Assembly: GCA_028534125.1 (NCBI GenBank)
Contig: CM052817.1
Location: forward strand, 75,580,001 to 75,644,000
Length of the DNA: 64,000 nt
DNA from: Lama glama
Lineage: Eukaryota
Direction of reading: 5' to 3'
The first letter of the stretch is position 1; each line of letters begins with the position of its first letter. Shown piece by piece: positions 26,351-39,190 of this stretch. The position numbers and the translations under genes are program-made. Below the pieces are notes generated by a model. It ran no database searches, was not told where the DNA came from, and saw nothing but the letters and a program-made list of their open reading frames with translations.

Positions 26351-29300
26351 TGAAATTTTTACATTTGCCATGTTCTCAGTCTTTATATACTCCATGCTTA
26401 AGATAAACCACATCATTCAGATGTGATTTATGCTATGAAAGACTATGAGAAGATATTCCTTGCCTGTGTTTTTGAACTCAACATCTATTCTTAACTGAAT
26501 TTTAGTTTAATAATGGAGCACACTGGTTTTATTACATTTATCAAAGTGAGAGAGTAACATGCTTCGTGTGTGTATTCATGTATGTGTATATGTGTGATTT
26601 AATTACTTTGCTAAGTAGCCTGATTGTTTTAAGATTTTAGTTCTCTCATTTTTTAAAGATTTAAGACTCCCTTCTCATTCAGTTTATAATCCAATTAGAG
26701 GTTATTACTCATTGCACAGTTTCATCAAATCAGTGCTAATTTTAAAGAAGGTATTGGTTTAAATTTGAGACCATGTGTGTATATATTAGAATTAAATATT
26801 TATGGGTATGAGCATCAAAATTATGTATACTTATTTATGTGTATCAGAAATATATATATATTATTATAAACGTTCAAGCATGTGTATACTAGAATTATAT
26901 ATGTATATGTTTATATCAAGACTACATCAGAATTTTGTTTCTTTTCATTAGGTAGGATTTTTTTTCCAAACACATTCTTGCATATCAAAAAATTGTATTT
27001 TTTTCTATACTTCAATTTAAATAATATTTTAAATAATTCTACCTAAGGACAGAAAATGTTTTTAGTCAAATTTGGTTTATTTAGGCATTTAAAATTTACA
27101 TTTAGTCAATTTAGGAAGTCCTCTCTACTTCCTTTCTCCTGTAGATTAGATAATTACATACACACACACACAAATGTATATGATTGTTGTATGGTATACA
27201 CACATATACATACATTGATTGTTATTCCAGACTAGCTTCTGCTGTAAATCTGTTTTTTGAATAATTATTGGCATCACCTTTTGTATTCAAACGTCCCCAT
27301 GTTTGGATGATAATGGATGTGGTCCCCAATTTCCAACAGCAGCTCATTTCCAAGGTAAATGCAGCACCATGACCTATCCTGCTTGTCAACCACCTATTCT
27401 GTTTTTCAGTTCTTCATCATGCATCATATCCTTATGACTCTGATTTCATTCACTTAGATTTCCTGTGGTCTCATTATATTCTCCAGTCAGTGGTCTAAAT
27501 AAACTAAATGACCCTTTTCCAGACAGTGAGGCCACAATAGATCTGCCGGTTCTTTTTCAAACATGTTTGTTCCCTCTTTGGCACATAAGACAATTCAGAT
27601 CGTTCCTCAGACTCTCCCAAAATGTAGGAAAACAGGAGTAGAGAATGGCTTTATGTGACACACTGTGCCTAGACCTGTCAGCCATCATTTTTGGTCTACT
27701 AACCCTTTTTATTGTAAATAGATTCAGGGCAATTCCTTATTTTCAAGATCCTACCTTGGAGATTAATTTGTTTCCCTGGGTTTTGGGATCACCAGCCTTA
27801 CCTGGGAGATGAATCTTGCACCCACGCAAGCTTAGGCCTAGAGAAAGATTGGATGTGGAATCATTACCACTGGACTAGAATCTCTCACATCTGATTCTAA
27901 CCCTTGCTTTCTCTAGCTCAGAAAATGGTCTACAGAATTTTTGAGAGAAGCACAATGCTCATGGAATAAAGTTCAGAATGTATTCCACTTTCTTCATCGA
28001 AACAGCCATATGTAAAATTACTAAAATTCAAGAATTATTTTTTTTTAACATTCTGGTCCCAGTGTTAGCTCTTTCACTTAAAAAAAAAAAACAAAAAACA
28101 AACTTCATATCATGATTTCTATCATAGGAGTAAGGTATTTAGAATAAAAAGCTGAAACAGAAAATAATTAACTGGCAGTACTATCATCAGTGATTCTTTG
28201 GAAGTTTGTACCTTCTGAAATACTGTATAGTACTGAGGCTTGCTAAGCTAGGGTTTGGGGTATTTTATATGGGTTCATCTCTGAAAATTTTGATACATTT
28301 TAGTAGAATAATAAGAAGCAAAAAAACTAATGACAGTTTATTCCCATGAAGTAATACAAAATTTTTGTAGTTCTTATTTAGTACAACCATTTTTAAGGTC
28401 ATTTATATATATATATACACAAGAAGAGTAATTTTTTCTCTTTAAGATAAGAGAACTGGGGCACAAATCATTTAAGCAGCATAGTCACATGTTGATAATT
28501 GGGTAAGGTAATTCTATGCTAGCACAAAGGAGCCAAATTATAAGGTGCCTTCAGTCTTCACATAGTATACAATATATTAATATACAGTATTGGAAATTAA
28601 GGAATTTCCACCACTGAGTGTCCCAAATGAGTGAAAAATTATTTGATTATCACCACAGTCAGTTGTCATGGGTATAAAAAACTGAAGCCAGTCACTTCCA
28701 GGAATAAAAACACTGGTGAGGTCATATCTGCATGTTTAGAAGCTCTTTTACATGGTGAAACCAACTTTTCAAACTGTTTCAAAAGGACTCCTACCTGAAG
28801 CCTGGAGGAAAACAAAATTGTCTATTTCTGATTATGATTTATGTCACATGGGATAAGAACAGGCTTTGTCGAAAGGCCCTTATTACTGTCCTTTGTTTAT
28901 TTGTACTTCCTGTCTTTTGCTTATTTGTACTTTCAACTTTTAAACTCTCAAAAAGTTTTACATTAATTCATTTGGGTTCTGAAAAGGCTAAAGTCATCAG
29001 CCTCCTTGTATTCTTTGGTTTATTTATTTTTTTTTAATTATTTTTATTTACTAAGGAGAAGAATCCAACCTTTATAGGAAACCTCACTTTCCCTTTCTTA
29101 ATATGCCCCTGCCATTTCCAGTGAATTAAAAATTAATAGAATTTTATCCAATTACAGAGCTAAGGGAAAAATATTCATTTGACCATTTAATTCCAAAGTC
29201 ATTGTACTCTGTGGCTTCATGGATAATTTAATGGAAATTTGAGAGAGGACCCATTTGCCACAATCATATACTTAGTTGCCTTTTAAACCTGAGAATAGTG

Positions 29301-30077
29301 ATTTTTGAATATGATTACATAGGGCAGGATAAAAGCAGGAACCAAACACTGAAATATTGAGTACTGTGTAGTTCTTAAAAAAGTAAGCTGTGTATTTTGG
29401 ACCTTGAAATATCAAAGTCATGAAGGCACAAATATCTTGCTAGATAACCAAAGGCAAATCCATTTAAAGTGCAAAGCTTGCATTTTATCCAGTCACTTTC
29501 TTAAATAAGTGAAGTGAAACATCACAATCACTTGAAGTAAGATTCAGTGGGGATATAAAAGTAACTGAATCTGAAACTTAAAAAGTTAAGAATGTATCTG
29601 GAGAATTTTAAAGATCAAATACTACAAGTTAAAGATTTTTCAAAGATACTTTTAAGGATTAAAAATATTCTGTACATTTTAAAAGTCATATATTTTAAGC
29701 ATATGTCATTTTGTTGACAATTAGTAAAATATTACCAAATATTTGAATATTTAAAATTATATAAAACCAATTAAAATGTATTTGGGATGATAATACAGGG
29801 CTATTTCAGATAATGCATGATTATACTTAAAATTTCAAGGAAATAATTTTTAAAACTCCACAGCATCATTATGTTGAACAATTCTGATTCCTCATGTGGA
29901 TAAAAAAATATTGACAAGCCATTAACATAAACCAAAATTTCAATAATCAATTGAAAATATGACCTCATGTCACACAGTAGAATAATGCGTGGAATATTGT
30001 AAAGAGTTTTATTTTCAGGACAGTTTTTTGGGAGATATTTGGCAACCAACTATTTATGTCATAAATTTACTAACTAA

Positions 30078-30842
30078 AACTTAATTGAGGTAAAATTCAC
30101 AAAATATAAAATACATCATTGTAAAGTATATACATAGTGACATTTAGTATGATCAATATATTGTGCAACCATCACTGCTATTTAGTTGTAAAACATTTTC
30201 ATCACTCCCAAAGCCATTTAAACAATTATTCTCATTCTTCCCTCCACACAGTCCTTAGCAACCAACATTCTGCTACCTATCTCTGTGGATTTACCTATCA
30301 TAGGTATTTCATATAAATGAAATCATAAATATGTGGCCTTTTGTGTCTGGGTTTTTCACTTATCATGTTCTAAGGTTTGTCTTCTTTGTAGTATCTATTA
30401 TTACTTCATTTCCTTTTTGGCCAAATAATATATCGTTGTATATATATATACCACATTTTATCATCCATCATTTTGTTGATGGACATTTGGGTTGTCTGTA
30501 CGTTTTGAATATTGTGAATAGTGCTACTATGGATATACATATAAAAGTATAATTTTGAGTTATCTGTTTCCAATCTTTGGGGCATGTACAAAGAAGTGGA
30601 ATTGATGAGTCATATGTTAGGCTATGTTTAACTTTTTGAAGAACTACTAAAATTGCCACAGCACATGTACCATTTCACATTCCAGCCAGTGATGTACAAA
30701 AGGTTCCAATTTGTCTACATCTTCCCCAAGCCATCTAATTTATTTAATATTATAGCCATACTAGGAAGTATGAACTAGTATCTTACTGTGGTTTTGATTT
30801 ATACTTTTGTAATGATTAATAATTTTCAACACCTTATCATGA
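30078..30842 (-). mobile_element. L1MB-like 3' end, antisense
   Basis: ttaattgaggtaaaattcaca...ttgtgcaaccatcact...aacattttcatcactccc. ORF 30468-30659(-) shows VALFTIFKTYRQPKCPST (L1 ORF2 C-terminus). Confidence 0.88.
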
Positions 30843-31199
30843 GCTTTAACCAAGAATTTTTAGGGTTTGCTTTTTCACTACGATGTTGGTATGTTTTTTT
30901 CTTTTTTTTCCCCATGATCACAAAGCATTGTCTTTTCCAGAAATTTCCAGAATCTTTACAAAAACTTATTTTAGAAATAAATATTTAAATATCTATTAAT
31001 ATCACCCTAATAAAACTTAATAACAGTAACCTTAAAGTGTATTTGTGAAAACTATTTCAAAATATTATCTTTATTTTTATATAAAAAGTTCATAGAAACT
31101 GATAAGCACACTCTAAAATGAAGACAATAAAGTAAACAATAAAGTGATCATTTGAATATCTTTGAAAATAACGTATATTCAGGACTTTCTAATAAGATT

Positions 31200-33450
31200 G
31201 TTTTGTGTGTGTGTGGTGGTAGTTATTACTTGCTAATTGAGTTATATGAGATCCTTTATATTTTGAATATTAACCCCTTCAGATATGTGCTTTACAAATA
31301 TTTTCTCCTATTCCCTGTGTTACCTTTTAATTATGTAGAGTGTATCTCTTACTGTGCGAAAGTTTATAGTTCGATGTTATCCCATTTGTTTGGGTTTTTT
31401 GTTTTGTTCTGTTTTGTTTTGTTTTTTGTTACTCGTGCGCTTGGTGTCATATATAAAAATTCTTACCAAGACCAAATGTCAAGAAGTTCTTTCATTCTAG
31501 GAGCTTTATGTCCTTAGGTCTTATATTTAATTCTATCTCACTGTAGCCATTTTTAGGTTCAATCTATTTGGCTTCCTTTGGGCCTCATGAAACTGGGTGT
31601 CCATTTTCTTCCCCAAGATTGGGAGATTTTCAACCATTACTGCTTTAAAAATAGACTTTCTATTCCTTTCTCTTTCAGTGATTACCATAATGTATATTAT
31701 TTTCACTAGTGGTGTCCCATAATTTCTGTAGACTTTTTTCACTGTTTTTCATTCTTTTTCCTTTTTCCTCCTGTGACTGGATAATTTCAAATAACCTGTC
31801 TTTTAGATCATTGGCTGTTTCTTCTGCTTGGTCTGGATCACTGGTGAAGCTCTCTATAGAAATTTTAGTTTAGTCATATTCTTCAGCTCTCTCTATATAT
31901 ATTTTTTGATGGCTTCTATTTCTTTTTTGAACTTCTCATTTTGTTCACGCATTGTTTTACTGATTTTGCTGTCTCTGTGTTATTGTAGTTCACTGAACTT
32001 TTTTAATAGGATCATTCTGAATATTTTTTCCAAAAGTTCGTAAGTCTCTATTCTTGCAGGGTGTGTGACTGGAGCTTTATTAGTTTCCTTTGATGTCATG
32101 TTTATGTTCTTTGTGAACCCTGATTCCTTGCATTGGTACTGTTCATTCTGTAAGCAGTGTTATCGAATTCAGGTTCAGTTGTTCATTGCTGAGGAATCCA
32201 ATACTGAGAGACAAGTATTGGGTAAAAAGAAAGATACCTATATTGAGGGAGCCAGCAATCCTGGTGAGATGGTAGACTCATGTCCCTAAGAACCAACTCC
32301 CCACTGTCAATCAGGGGGCAAGAGCTTTTAAAGGGGAGTTTCATGGGTATATAGTCAGGAGGAGTGTGCTATGTGCAGAGCAGCACAGTCATCTCTGATG
32401 ATAATCTTGAAATTGGTCATGCAGTGGTCTGATCAGCATCATTTTGATTGTTTTAGGTACAGTTTGTCTTAAACTCCAGGGCTGATTTGTTCCCTTTTGC
32501 TTGAGGCCAGTTGTGGAATTGTGCAAGTTGGAGCAGCTTATGTCATGACTATACTCTGATCATTCATGTAGTTAATTTCTTCCACCTATTGGGACTTTCA
32601 GTATCTGTAGAACAGTTCAAAGGATATGGCTCAGAATATTATCTGTAGCCCTTGAGGAGGAACTAAATAAAGGTCCTTAACTCTGTTTAACAGCTAAACT
32701 ATTACTGTGTTGTCTTGTTTGATTAATTTCCTTTGTTTCTGCATTTTTTTTCTGATTAAATATATTTTTTGGCTAAAGTTTGTCTACTGACAAGAAGAAG
32801 GTGGAGGACATGGAGGATTCTGTCCTGGTAAGGACACACTGGGTCCTGTTCCATTACACTATTGTCTTTCAGACTTTACAAGTTCATTTTGATCAGGAAA
32901 GTCTCTCACCAGTCAGCTCACCTTAGGTACTGTACAGGTTAGCTTGTAACATCCATGGGCAGACATCACTCTGTTCCCTGAGCAAATGGTGCCACTGGCT
33001 GGACTTCAGGTTCAGGGAGCACCACATGCAGGGCTTTGCCAATGGACAGGACTTCAGGCTGTGCTCTGTAATTAGGTTGGGCCACGGGCTATACCCTGAA
33101 ATTGGGCAAGACCATATGTTAGGCTTCCCAGTCAGGTAGGCTACTCCTGTGCTCTGCTATTCAGCAAGGTTGCTTGCTGGGCTCTCTAGTTGAAAGAGGC
33201 CTCCAGCTGTATCCCACAGTTATGGAGGCTAGATATTGTACTTCATGGTGAGGTGGGATTGCTGTCATGGCTTTGTTCCTGGGCAAGGCCACAGGCTATG
33301 TTCAGCAGTTGGACAGGGCTGTAGGCTAAGCTTCACTGAGTATTACTTTTGGACTGGGCCAGGTTGCCTGATATCTGTGATGAGGCAATATCCCAACAGT
33401 GTCTGAATGGTCTATACCAAGGGCCTTTATACCAAGGGCCTCAGCTCTGA
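31200..33450 (-). mobile_element. Internally deleted L1: ORF2 piece (about 31200-31530), ORF1 (about 31530-32157) and 5' UTR (about 32859-33450), interrupted by an LTR
   Basis: ORF 31533-31742(-) contains the ORF1p motif IFKAVMVENLPILGKKMDTQFHEAQRKPNRLN. GC-richer 5' UTR-like sequence resumes after the LTR. Confidence 0.8.
32158..32858 (-). mobile_element. ERV1-class solo LTR (about 700 bp) inserted into the L1
   Basis: TGTTA...TTACA termini, degenerate reversed poly(A) and TATA signals (cctatattgagg; cttttaaagggg), and L1 sequence continuous across the insertion. No clear TSD. Confidence 0.8.
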
Positions 33451-33454
33451 CAGT

Positions 33455-33722
33455 TGGTATTGCTGAGACTTCTCTATGCAGAATATATCATCCTCAAATG
33501 GGGCAACCTTGGCTTATTCACATGGTGGTGGAAGGATATGGAGTAGGAAAAAAGAGCAAGCACCAAAACATAAGCAGTTGTCATATCTCTGTTGGCTTCA
33601 TGGTTGCTAATGACCATGAGACAAAACAAGACACAAGGCCAAATTCAAGTGGTGAAAATAGATTTCATCTCTTCATGGGATAAATTGCAAAATATCGTAT
33701 ATTTTTTTTCCAATTTGCCACA
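33455..33722 (-). mobile_element. MaLR LTR fragment (MLT1F/H-like)
   Basis: caagacacaaggccaaattcaagtggtgaaaatagatttcatctcttcatggga...aatttgccaca. Confidence 0.65.
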
Positions 33723-36332
33723 GGGATTTTTATTTTTAATTTACTCAACAAATAAATCTAAGTAAGTTAGAAATGCCATTATATTTGTGCATCTGAATGT
33801 ATTTGGATAAATGGCAGAAGAATGGATATGGTATATTCTGTGACCTTAAATAAATCTGGGAAGTGTGATACTTCTATCAGGGGAATTGTTTGCTATATGT
33901 GAAAAACATTCAAATTTCTGTTAAATAATAATCACTGTCTAATGATCTCAAGTCCTTAAATTCCCAGAAGGAAAAAAAAAGAATTCTTACTTTTTAATGA
34001 TATTTATAAAGAGTCTGCCTTTCCTCTTTTGATAGAATCAATAGAATGATGCAGAGGTAAATGTAATGACAATTTCAAACTCATACCATGTTTTTAACTA
34101 AAAGACATACCTGAACTTTTGTTGGATTGAACACTGCCACAAAGTTTTCAAACTTCAAAGTGGCAGTTATAACAGAGGAAATAATGCATTGTGGACTACT
34201 TTGACAAAGTGTAAATAGGATATCCCCACCATGACTTTCATTCTGGAGATCACATATGTCACTGCACTTAGAACATTAATAAAGCTTGTAGTCAAAAACA
34301 TTAGGACAGGTTAAATAATAAACCAGTGTATTTTAACAGCTAATGTGAGTCACGTAAACTGTGAATTAATACAGTAAGTGTCAATAAGAAATTAAAGTCT
34401 AGAAGAGTCAAGCCAGTGAATAGTAGATATCTTTTAACAAAGATTAGTAAAAATCAAAGACTTATTATCTAAAGTAGGATCCTGAAATGGAATATTTGAA
34501 ATTCTTTGACATCTTCAAATTTGTAATAATGCATTTATGGATTTCTGATGAAGATATATTTGATAACATACCACTATATATTACATTGCCTGAATCATAG
34601 TGTAAGTTTTGTAAATGGTGCTTTATTGTCTATTATGGAGAATAAAAATACAGTTTCTTAAGACAACTAGAAGAATCACTAAGACCAAAAGATCTTAGAT
34701 GTAGCAACAAACAGATGGGGTTCAAATCTAAAAATATGTAATAGAATAGTAATGGCATCAAGTGAGATAAATTAAAATATTCAAAGCAGGAATCTAATAA
34801 ATACTACATTAAGTTTGTTGACTTTTTGTGGGGAGCGAATTCAAGCATCTAACAGACTATTTCTTTGTGATGAGGTATATTCATTTTTATGAACATGGAT
34901 TTGGTTCTAAGAGACTTTCTAGTCTAGTTAACAAAATAACAGTGATTGATACTTAGGAATGTATAATTGACATCTCCAAAGTAATTTAGCTATTTAGACA
35001 CAGAGCTAAAATCATAATTTGTATCATATTCTTACTTAGTGATATTTTCATTTTATTCTTACTTAAAAATTCTAGATTGAATTTTCACAGTCCAATCAGA
35101 GCAGATATTGAATTATTATGAAAAGCCAATTATATATGCTAATACAAATCCTCAAGTGAAAATATTTAATTTTAGATGAAGCTTTTCTTACTGGATAATA
35201 TCCATGAACAGTCCCATTTCTGGCTAAATTATAATGGTAGAATTGGTAGTTGTCTGATAAGTTTCATTTACCATATCCCATAAAATTCTGTCTTGTGTAT
35301 TTTCTATATTTTCAAATCAAATTGATTACAAAAAAGGGAAAAAGTACTCACAGATTGTTTAAAGTCAGCACAAATGACAATTACATCTGAATGACTAAAT
35401 GTAAGTGCCATGGTTCATTTCTGTCAAAGTCCCTGCAGCTTAAAGGTCATTATGGAAATAATTTTTTTTTCACATAAAAGGCAATTCTGAATGTGGTAAA
35501 ATCAGCTTTGAAATCAGAGTCTAGTACTAAACAACCAATTTATCATGTTTACTTTCTTACTCATATAAAAAATGTGAATGTCTGAAATTGAAAAAAATAA
35601 AACAAAAGTTTTGATGAACAAGAAATCTGACACACCTTAAAATCAAAATGACCACAGCATAAAAGCTCAATACAGCTGACAGATTGATGAAAACGTTCCC
35701 ATTTTGGCACTATCTTTTAGAAAATATATAAATCAAGTGATTACAATAACTTTTTAAAAATTGACCTGTAAGTTAGTGGCAGAAAATCAGTAGGTTCCAA
35801 ATGAAAAATAATAATGCAATCACCACACTCAGCTTTGCCCTGAAAACATGTGTAACAATCAATATGATAAAGACTCTGTAAACTTGATTTAAAAAAAAAG
35901 CAGACTGGTGCGTTCATATGGAAAGGTCATTTTGCCAGCTAAACATTCTCTGCTGATACTGAACATTTATTTTCCTTAGGTTTGAACATATTCCTATGTC
36001 CTGGAAATGCACATATTATATTTGTTCTTAGTGTTCAAAATAGGCTGCTGGGATGAAAACACATCTCTGCCAGCAATTATTATACATATACTATCCATAT
36101 TGAATGTTTATAAGCGAAATATTTTTCAGCATTAGTTAATAAAATAACACAAATTTAGTGGACTTTTTCTGGAAATCTGAAAAAAATTAAATTTGCATTA
36201 TTATATAACACCTTTAATTAATGTAGGCATACTGTAATCTCCATGTTCTGAATTCCCATGACTAGCAGAAGACTGACTTGTCTCTGTAAATAACCATTGA
36301 TAGAGATACTTCAGATAAAAATCAAAAGGCAG

Positions 36333-36799
36333 ATTCCACATGTAAGTGATATCATACAGTATTTTTCTGGTGGATATAAAAAAAAGAAGCAGACTCACAG
36401 ATAAAGAGAACAAACTAGTGGTTACCAGTGGGGAGAGGGTAGTGGGGAGGGTCAATATGGAACAGTAGGGGGTTGAGAAATACAAGCTATTATGTATAAA
36501 ATGAAATACAGTAATATATTGTACAACACAGGGAATATAGATAATATTTTACAGTAACTATAAATAGAGTATAACCTTTAAAAATTGTGAATTAATATAT
36601 GGTACACATATAACTTTACATAATTTTGTACATCAACTATACTTCAGTAAAAACTTAAATTAAAAAAAGAGGCCAAAATAGATAAATAATAAATTAACAC
36701 AGCCTGTATGCTTTAGTTGGGTAAATTGTGTGGTATGTGAACGTATCTCAACAAAGCTGTCAAAAAAATAAATAAAATGAATAATAGAACAGCCTAAAA
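36333..36799 (+). mobile_element. 5'-inverted (twin-primed) L1 3' end with extra 3' sequence
   Basis: Perfect 18-bp TSD ATAAAAATCAAAAGGCAG (36315-36332 and 36800-36817). Inside: about 35 bp of antisense L1 3' UTR, then sense 3' UTR, an A-rich tail at about 36650-36668, and about 130 bp more before the TSD. Confidence 0.9.
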
Positions 36800-37088
36800 A
36801 TAAAAATCAAAAGGCAGCTCACTATATTCTAAATATATATATATATAAATTGTGCAAAGTTAACATAATTCGTTAACTTTAAATTTTATATTAGAATGTC
36901 CATTAACAATCTTCATAGTCAAGATACCAAAGCTATAACTTGAAATTTCATTGCATCACACACTGCATAGGTAGATCTGAAAATGTACGGGAATCTCAAA
37001 AAATAATTGAGATTCATAATATGTTGGTGTGCAACATTTGTGTTGAAGTTTTCTCTCTAATGCATCAGTTTGAATACTACCAATGATT

Positions 37089-37217
37089 GGAGAGGGTATA
37101 GCTCAATTTGTAGAGCACATGCTTAGCATGCAGGAGGTTCTGGACTTAGTCTCCAGAACCTACTCTAAAAATAAATAAATGAATAAACCTAATACCTTCT
37201 CCCTCAAAAAGATAAAA
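37089..37217 (+). mobile_element. Vic-1-type camelid tRNA-derived SINE
   Basis: ggagagggtatagctcaatttgtagagcacatgcttagcatgcaggaggttctgg...aaataaataaatgaataaacctaat, with a perfect 18-bp TSD TTTGAATACTACCAATGA at 37069-37086 and 37218-37235. Confidence 0.9.
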
Positions 37218-37329
37218 TTTGAATACTACCAATGACTAACTTGATAGACAGGATAACTTATTATTATATCATCTTGTCTAGAATATATCTAATAACTTTA
37301 TAGAGTATTTTTTCCTTATATTATTGAGA

Positions 37330-37540
37330 TACAGTATTAATAGTTAAATACACAAGTGGTATTGTCAACCCCATTGAGTTTTATTGGATTCTGCTATTTC
37401 CTAGTGTGTGACCTTGACCAGTTTTATTTACCTCTTTAGTTTACTTTGTTTTATTTCTATCACATCTAGGAAGGCTATTGAGAATTACAGCAAATGCTTA
37501 TAAATCCCTTGCTATGTCATGAGTATTCAACATATTATAG
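37330..37540 (+). mobile_element. MIR SINE
   Basis: Core ttctgctatttcctagtgtgtgaccttgaccagttttattacctct...aggctattgagaattac resembles MIR. Confidence 0.65.
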
Positions 37541-37786
37541 ATCATTTGGTTATAGCGTTATATGTTAATATGGAACCTATTATTGAAATTTCTACCTCTT
37601 GGTCTGAGTTCTTTTATTTATTGGGGACCTAGTGCATACTTGAAGTGGAAAAGGACTTTACATGGATAAATTCATCATGTTCCCATGATCTTTCTGGGAA
37701 AAAAACAAACAAACAAACCTTAAACATGTTCTGGCAGTTAAATTTTGAGTGTTTTGGTCAGGGCAGTATCAAGATCATTTAGGAAT

Positions 37787-39190
37787 TGTTACCTTCAGTA
37801 ATCAGACTGGCAGATATCTCTCCAGCAAAGATGGACTTATTCTCAGTTGACAGAGAATTGACAATTTGGGGTCTGCAACTCTGGTGAGCCACATGTAAGC
37901 CCCCGCATGACAAAGAAAAGAGAATACTTTTATGAAGAAAAGGGAATTGGAAGGACAATAGTAAACAAAAAGTCCGTTTTTTTTTTTTTTTTTTTTTTTT
38001 TTTTGTAGGCTGAGTCCCTTCTAGGGAACAAAAGGAGTCTCTCTTCTTCCTGTCATGTCTACTATTGTTACAGGGCATGAGAGAGGTCTCCCAACTCTAT
38101 CTGAAGTTTCTGCTTCTTTTTTATATTTTCCCTATTGATCAAGATCTTTCTCTGAAAGCATTGTTGATCAAGAGTCAGATTTTCCAGTTTCAGCAGCTTT
38201 TGCCTTTCCTGGGCATAGTGTCTCTTGTTGGAGGGCAAGTGCATGGATAGTAATATTGAGGTTACATCCAAGTAACAAGGAAGAAGAGGACAAAGACCTC
38301 TCAAGTAACTTTTAAGTTAAAGTCTGTATGTTATCAAGGTCACAGATATCTGTAGCGATCATCTGAAGTGATATGTCATCATCAAAGATTTGGTAACAAA
38401 CTTCTAACAGGCCTGGTCCAGATATCTTGAGAAAAGCTGTATCATCAGATATTATTGCATCAATTAAGGTCACCAGATGTTCAAGTCTAGTCAGGGTTCA
38501 GGGTTTTTTTAGGTATGACAGTTTAAAATGTCCTGGAGCAGTAGGACCAGGATTCCCTGGGTTGTAATTTGGGTAAGTGGACTAAGTAAAGTCGGCACTT
38601 TTTTAATCTTGTTAATGTTTCCTCACCAATATTGATTGATGGATACTATCATTTTGTCAGTAAATGCACGTACAGTGGTACAGAGTAGGAATTTTAGTTT
38701 CTCTGGTAGGACTAGTTTGTTATTTGGTCAAAACCAGAGGTTTCTTTTTTTTATCAAACCAACAATTGTTACATTTCCAGTTCTATTTTTCCTTTTCTGA
38801 GGCCAATTTTTGGGATTCTCTAACCAATTTTTCTAAATTGTTGTTTGAGAAAATATTCCTTTGGACCATGACAAAGGTTTAGCTGTTATTTGTCCTGTTA
38901 AGAGCAGCACTCCTTGCAGAAACTGCAGAAATGTCCGCAAGGTGATTTTCCTTAGCTTACAGAGTCAAGTTTAGAATGCCCTGGAGTCTTAATAGCTAAA
39001 TGGCTGGTAAAAATAGTGCATTCAATAATTCCTGAACATAGAGGCTGTTTTTAATTTGATTTCCCTTGGAATTGAGGAAGTCACATTTGTCTTAAAACAT
39101 TCCAAAATCATGTACTACTCCAAGAGCATATCTACCATCAGTATAAATACTGGGAGTTTTATTTTTGGCTAAGGTGTAAGTCCACATAAG
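37787..39190 (-). mobile_element. ERV1 provirus remnant: 3' LTR (37787 to about 38125) plus internal/pol sequence
   Basis: The - strand at about 38930-39185 translates, with stops and frameshifts, to RNase H motifs IYTDGRYALGVVHDFGM...QIKN...VQELLNAL...PGHSKLD...NHLADISA. A PPT-like purine run abuts the LTR. Confidence 0.88.

Noticed and set aside
28886..28933. Two copies of a 24-bp direct repeat, considered as a CRISPR-like or functional array
   Set aside because: Adjacent copies with no spacer in mammalian DNA; an ordinary slippage duplication.
34111..34242. Frame-preserving 132-nt - strand exon with donor CAG|gtatgt and an ACTGCCAC/GTGGCAGT hairpin
   Set aside because: The acceptor has almost no pyrimidine tract, the peptide is unrecognised, and the 8-bp stem is within chance expectation.
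37089..37165. tRNA gene
   Set aside because: It is the tRNA-derived head of a SINE, with an A-rich tail, a TSD and a mutated B box.
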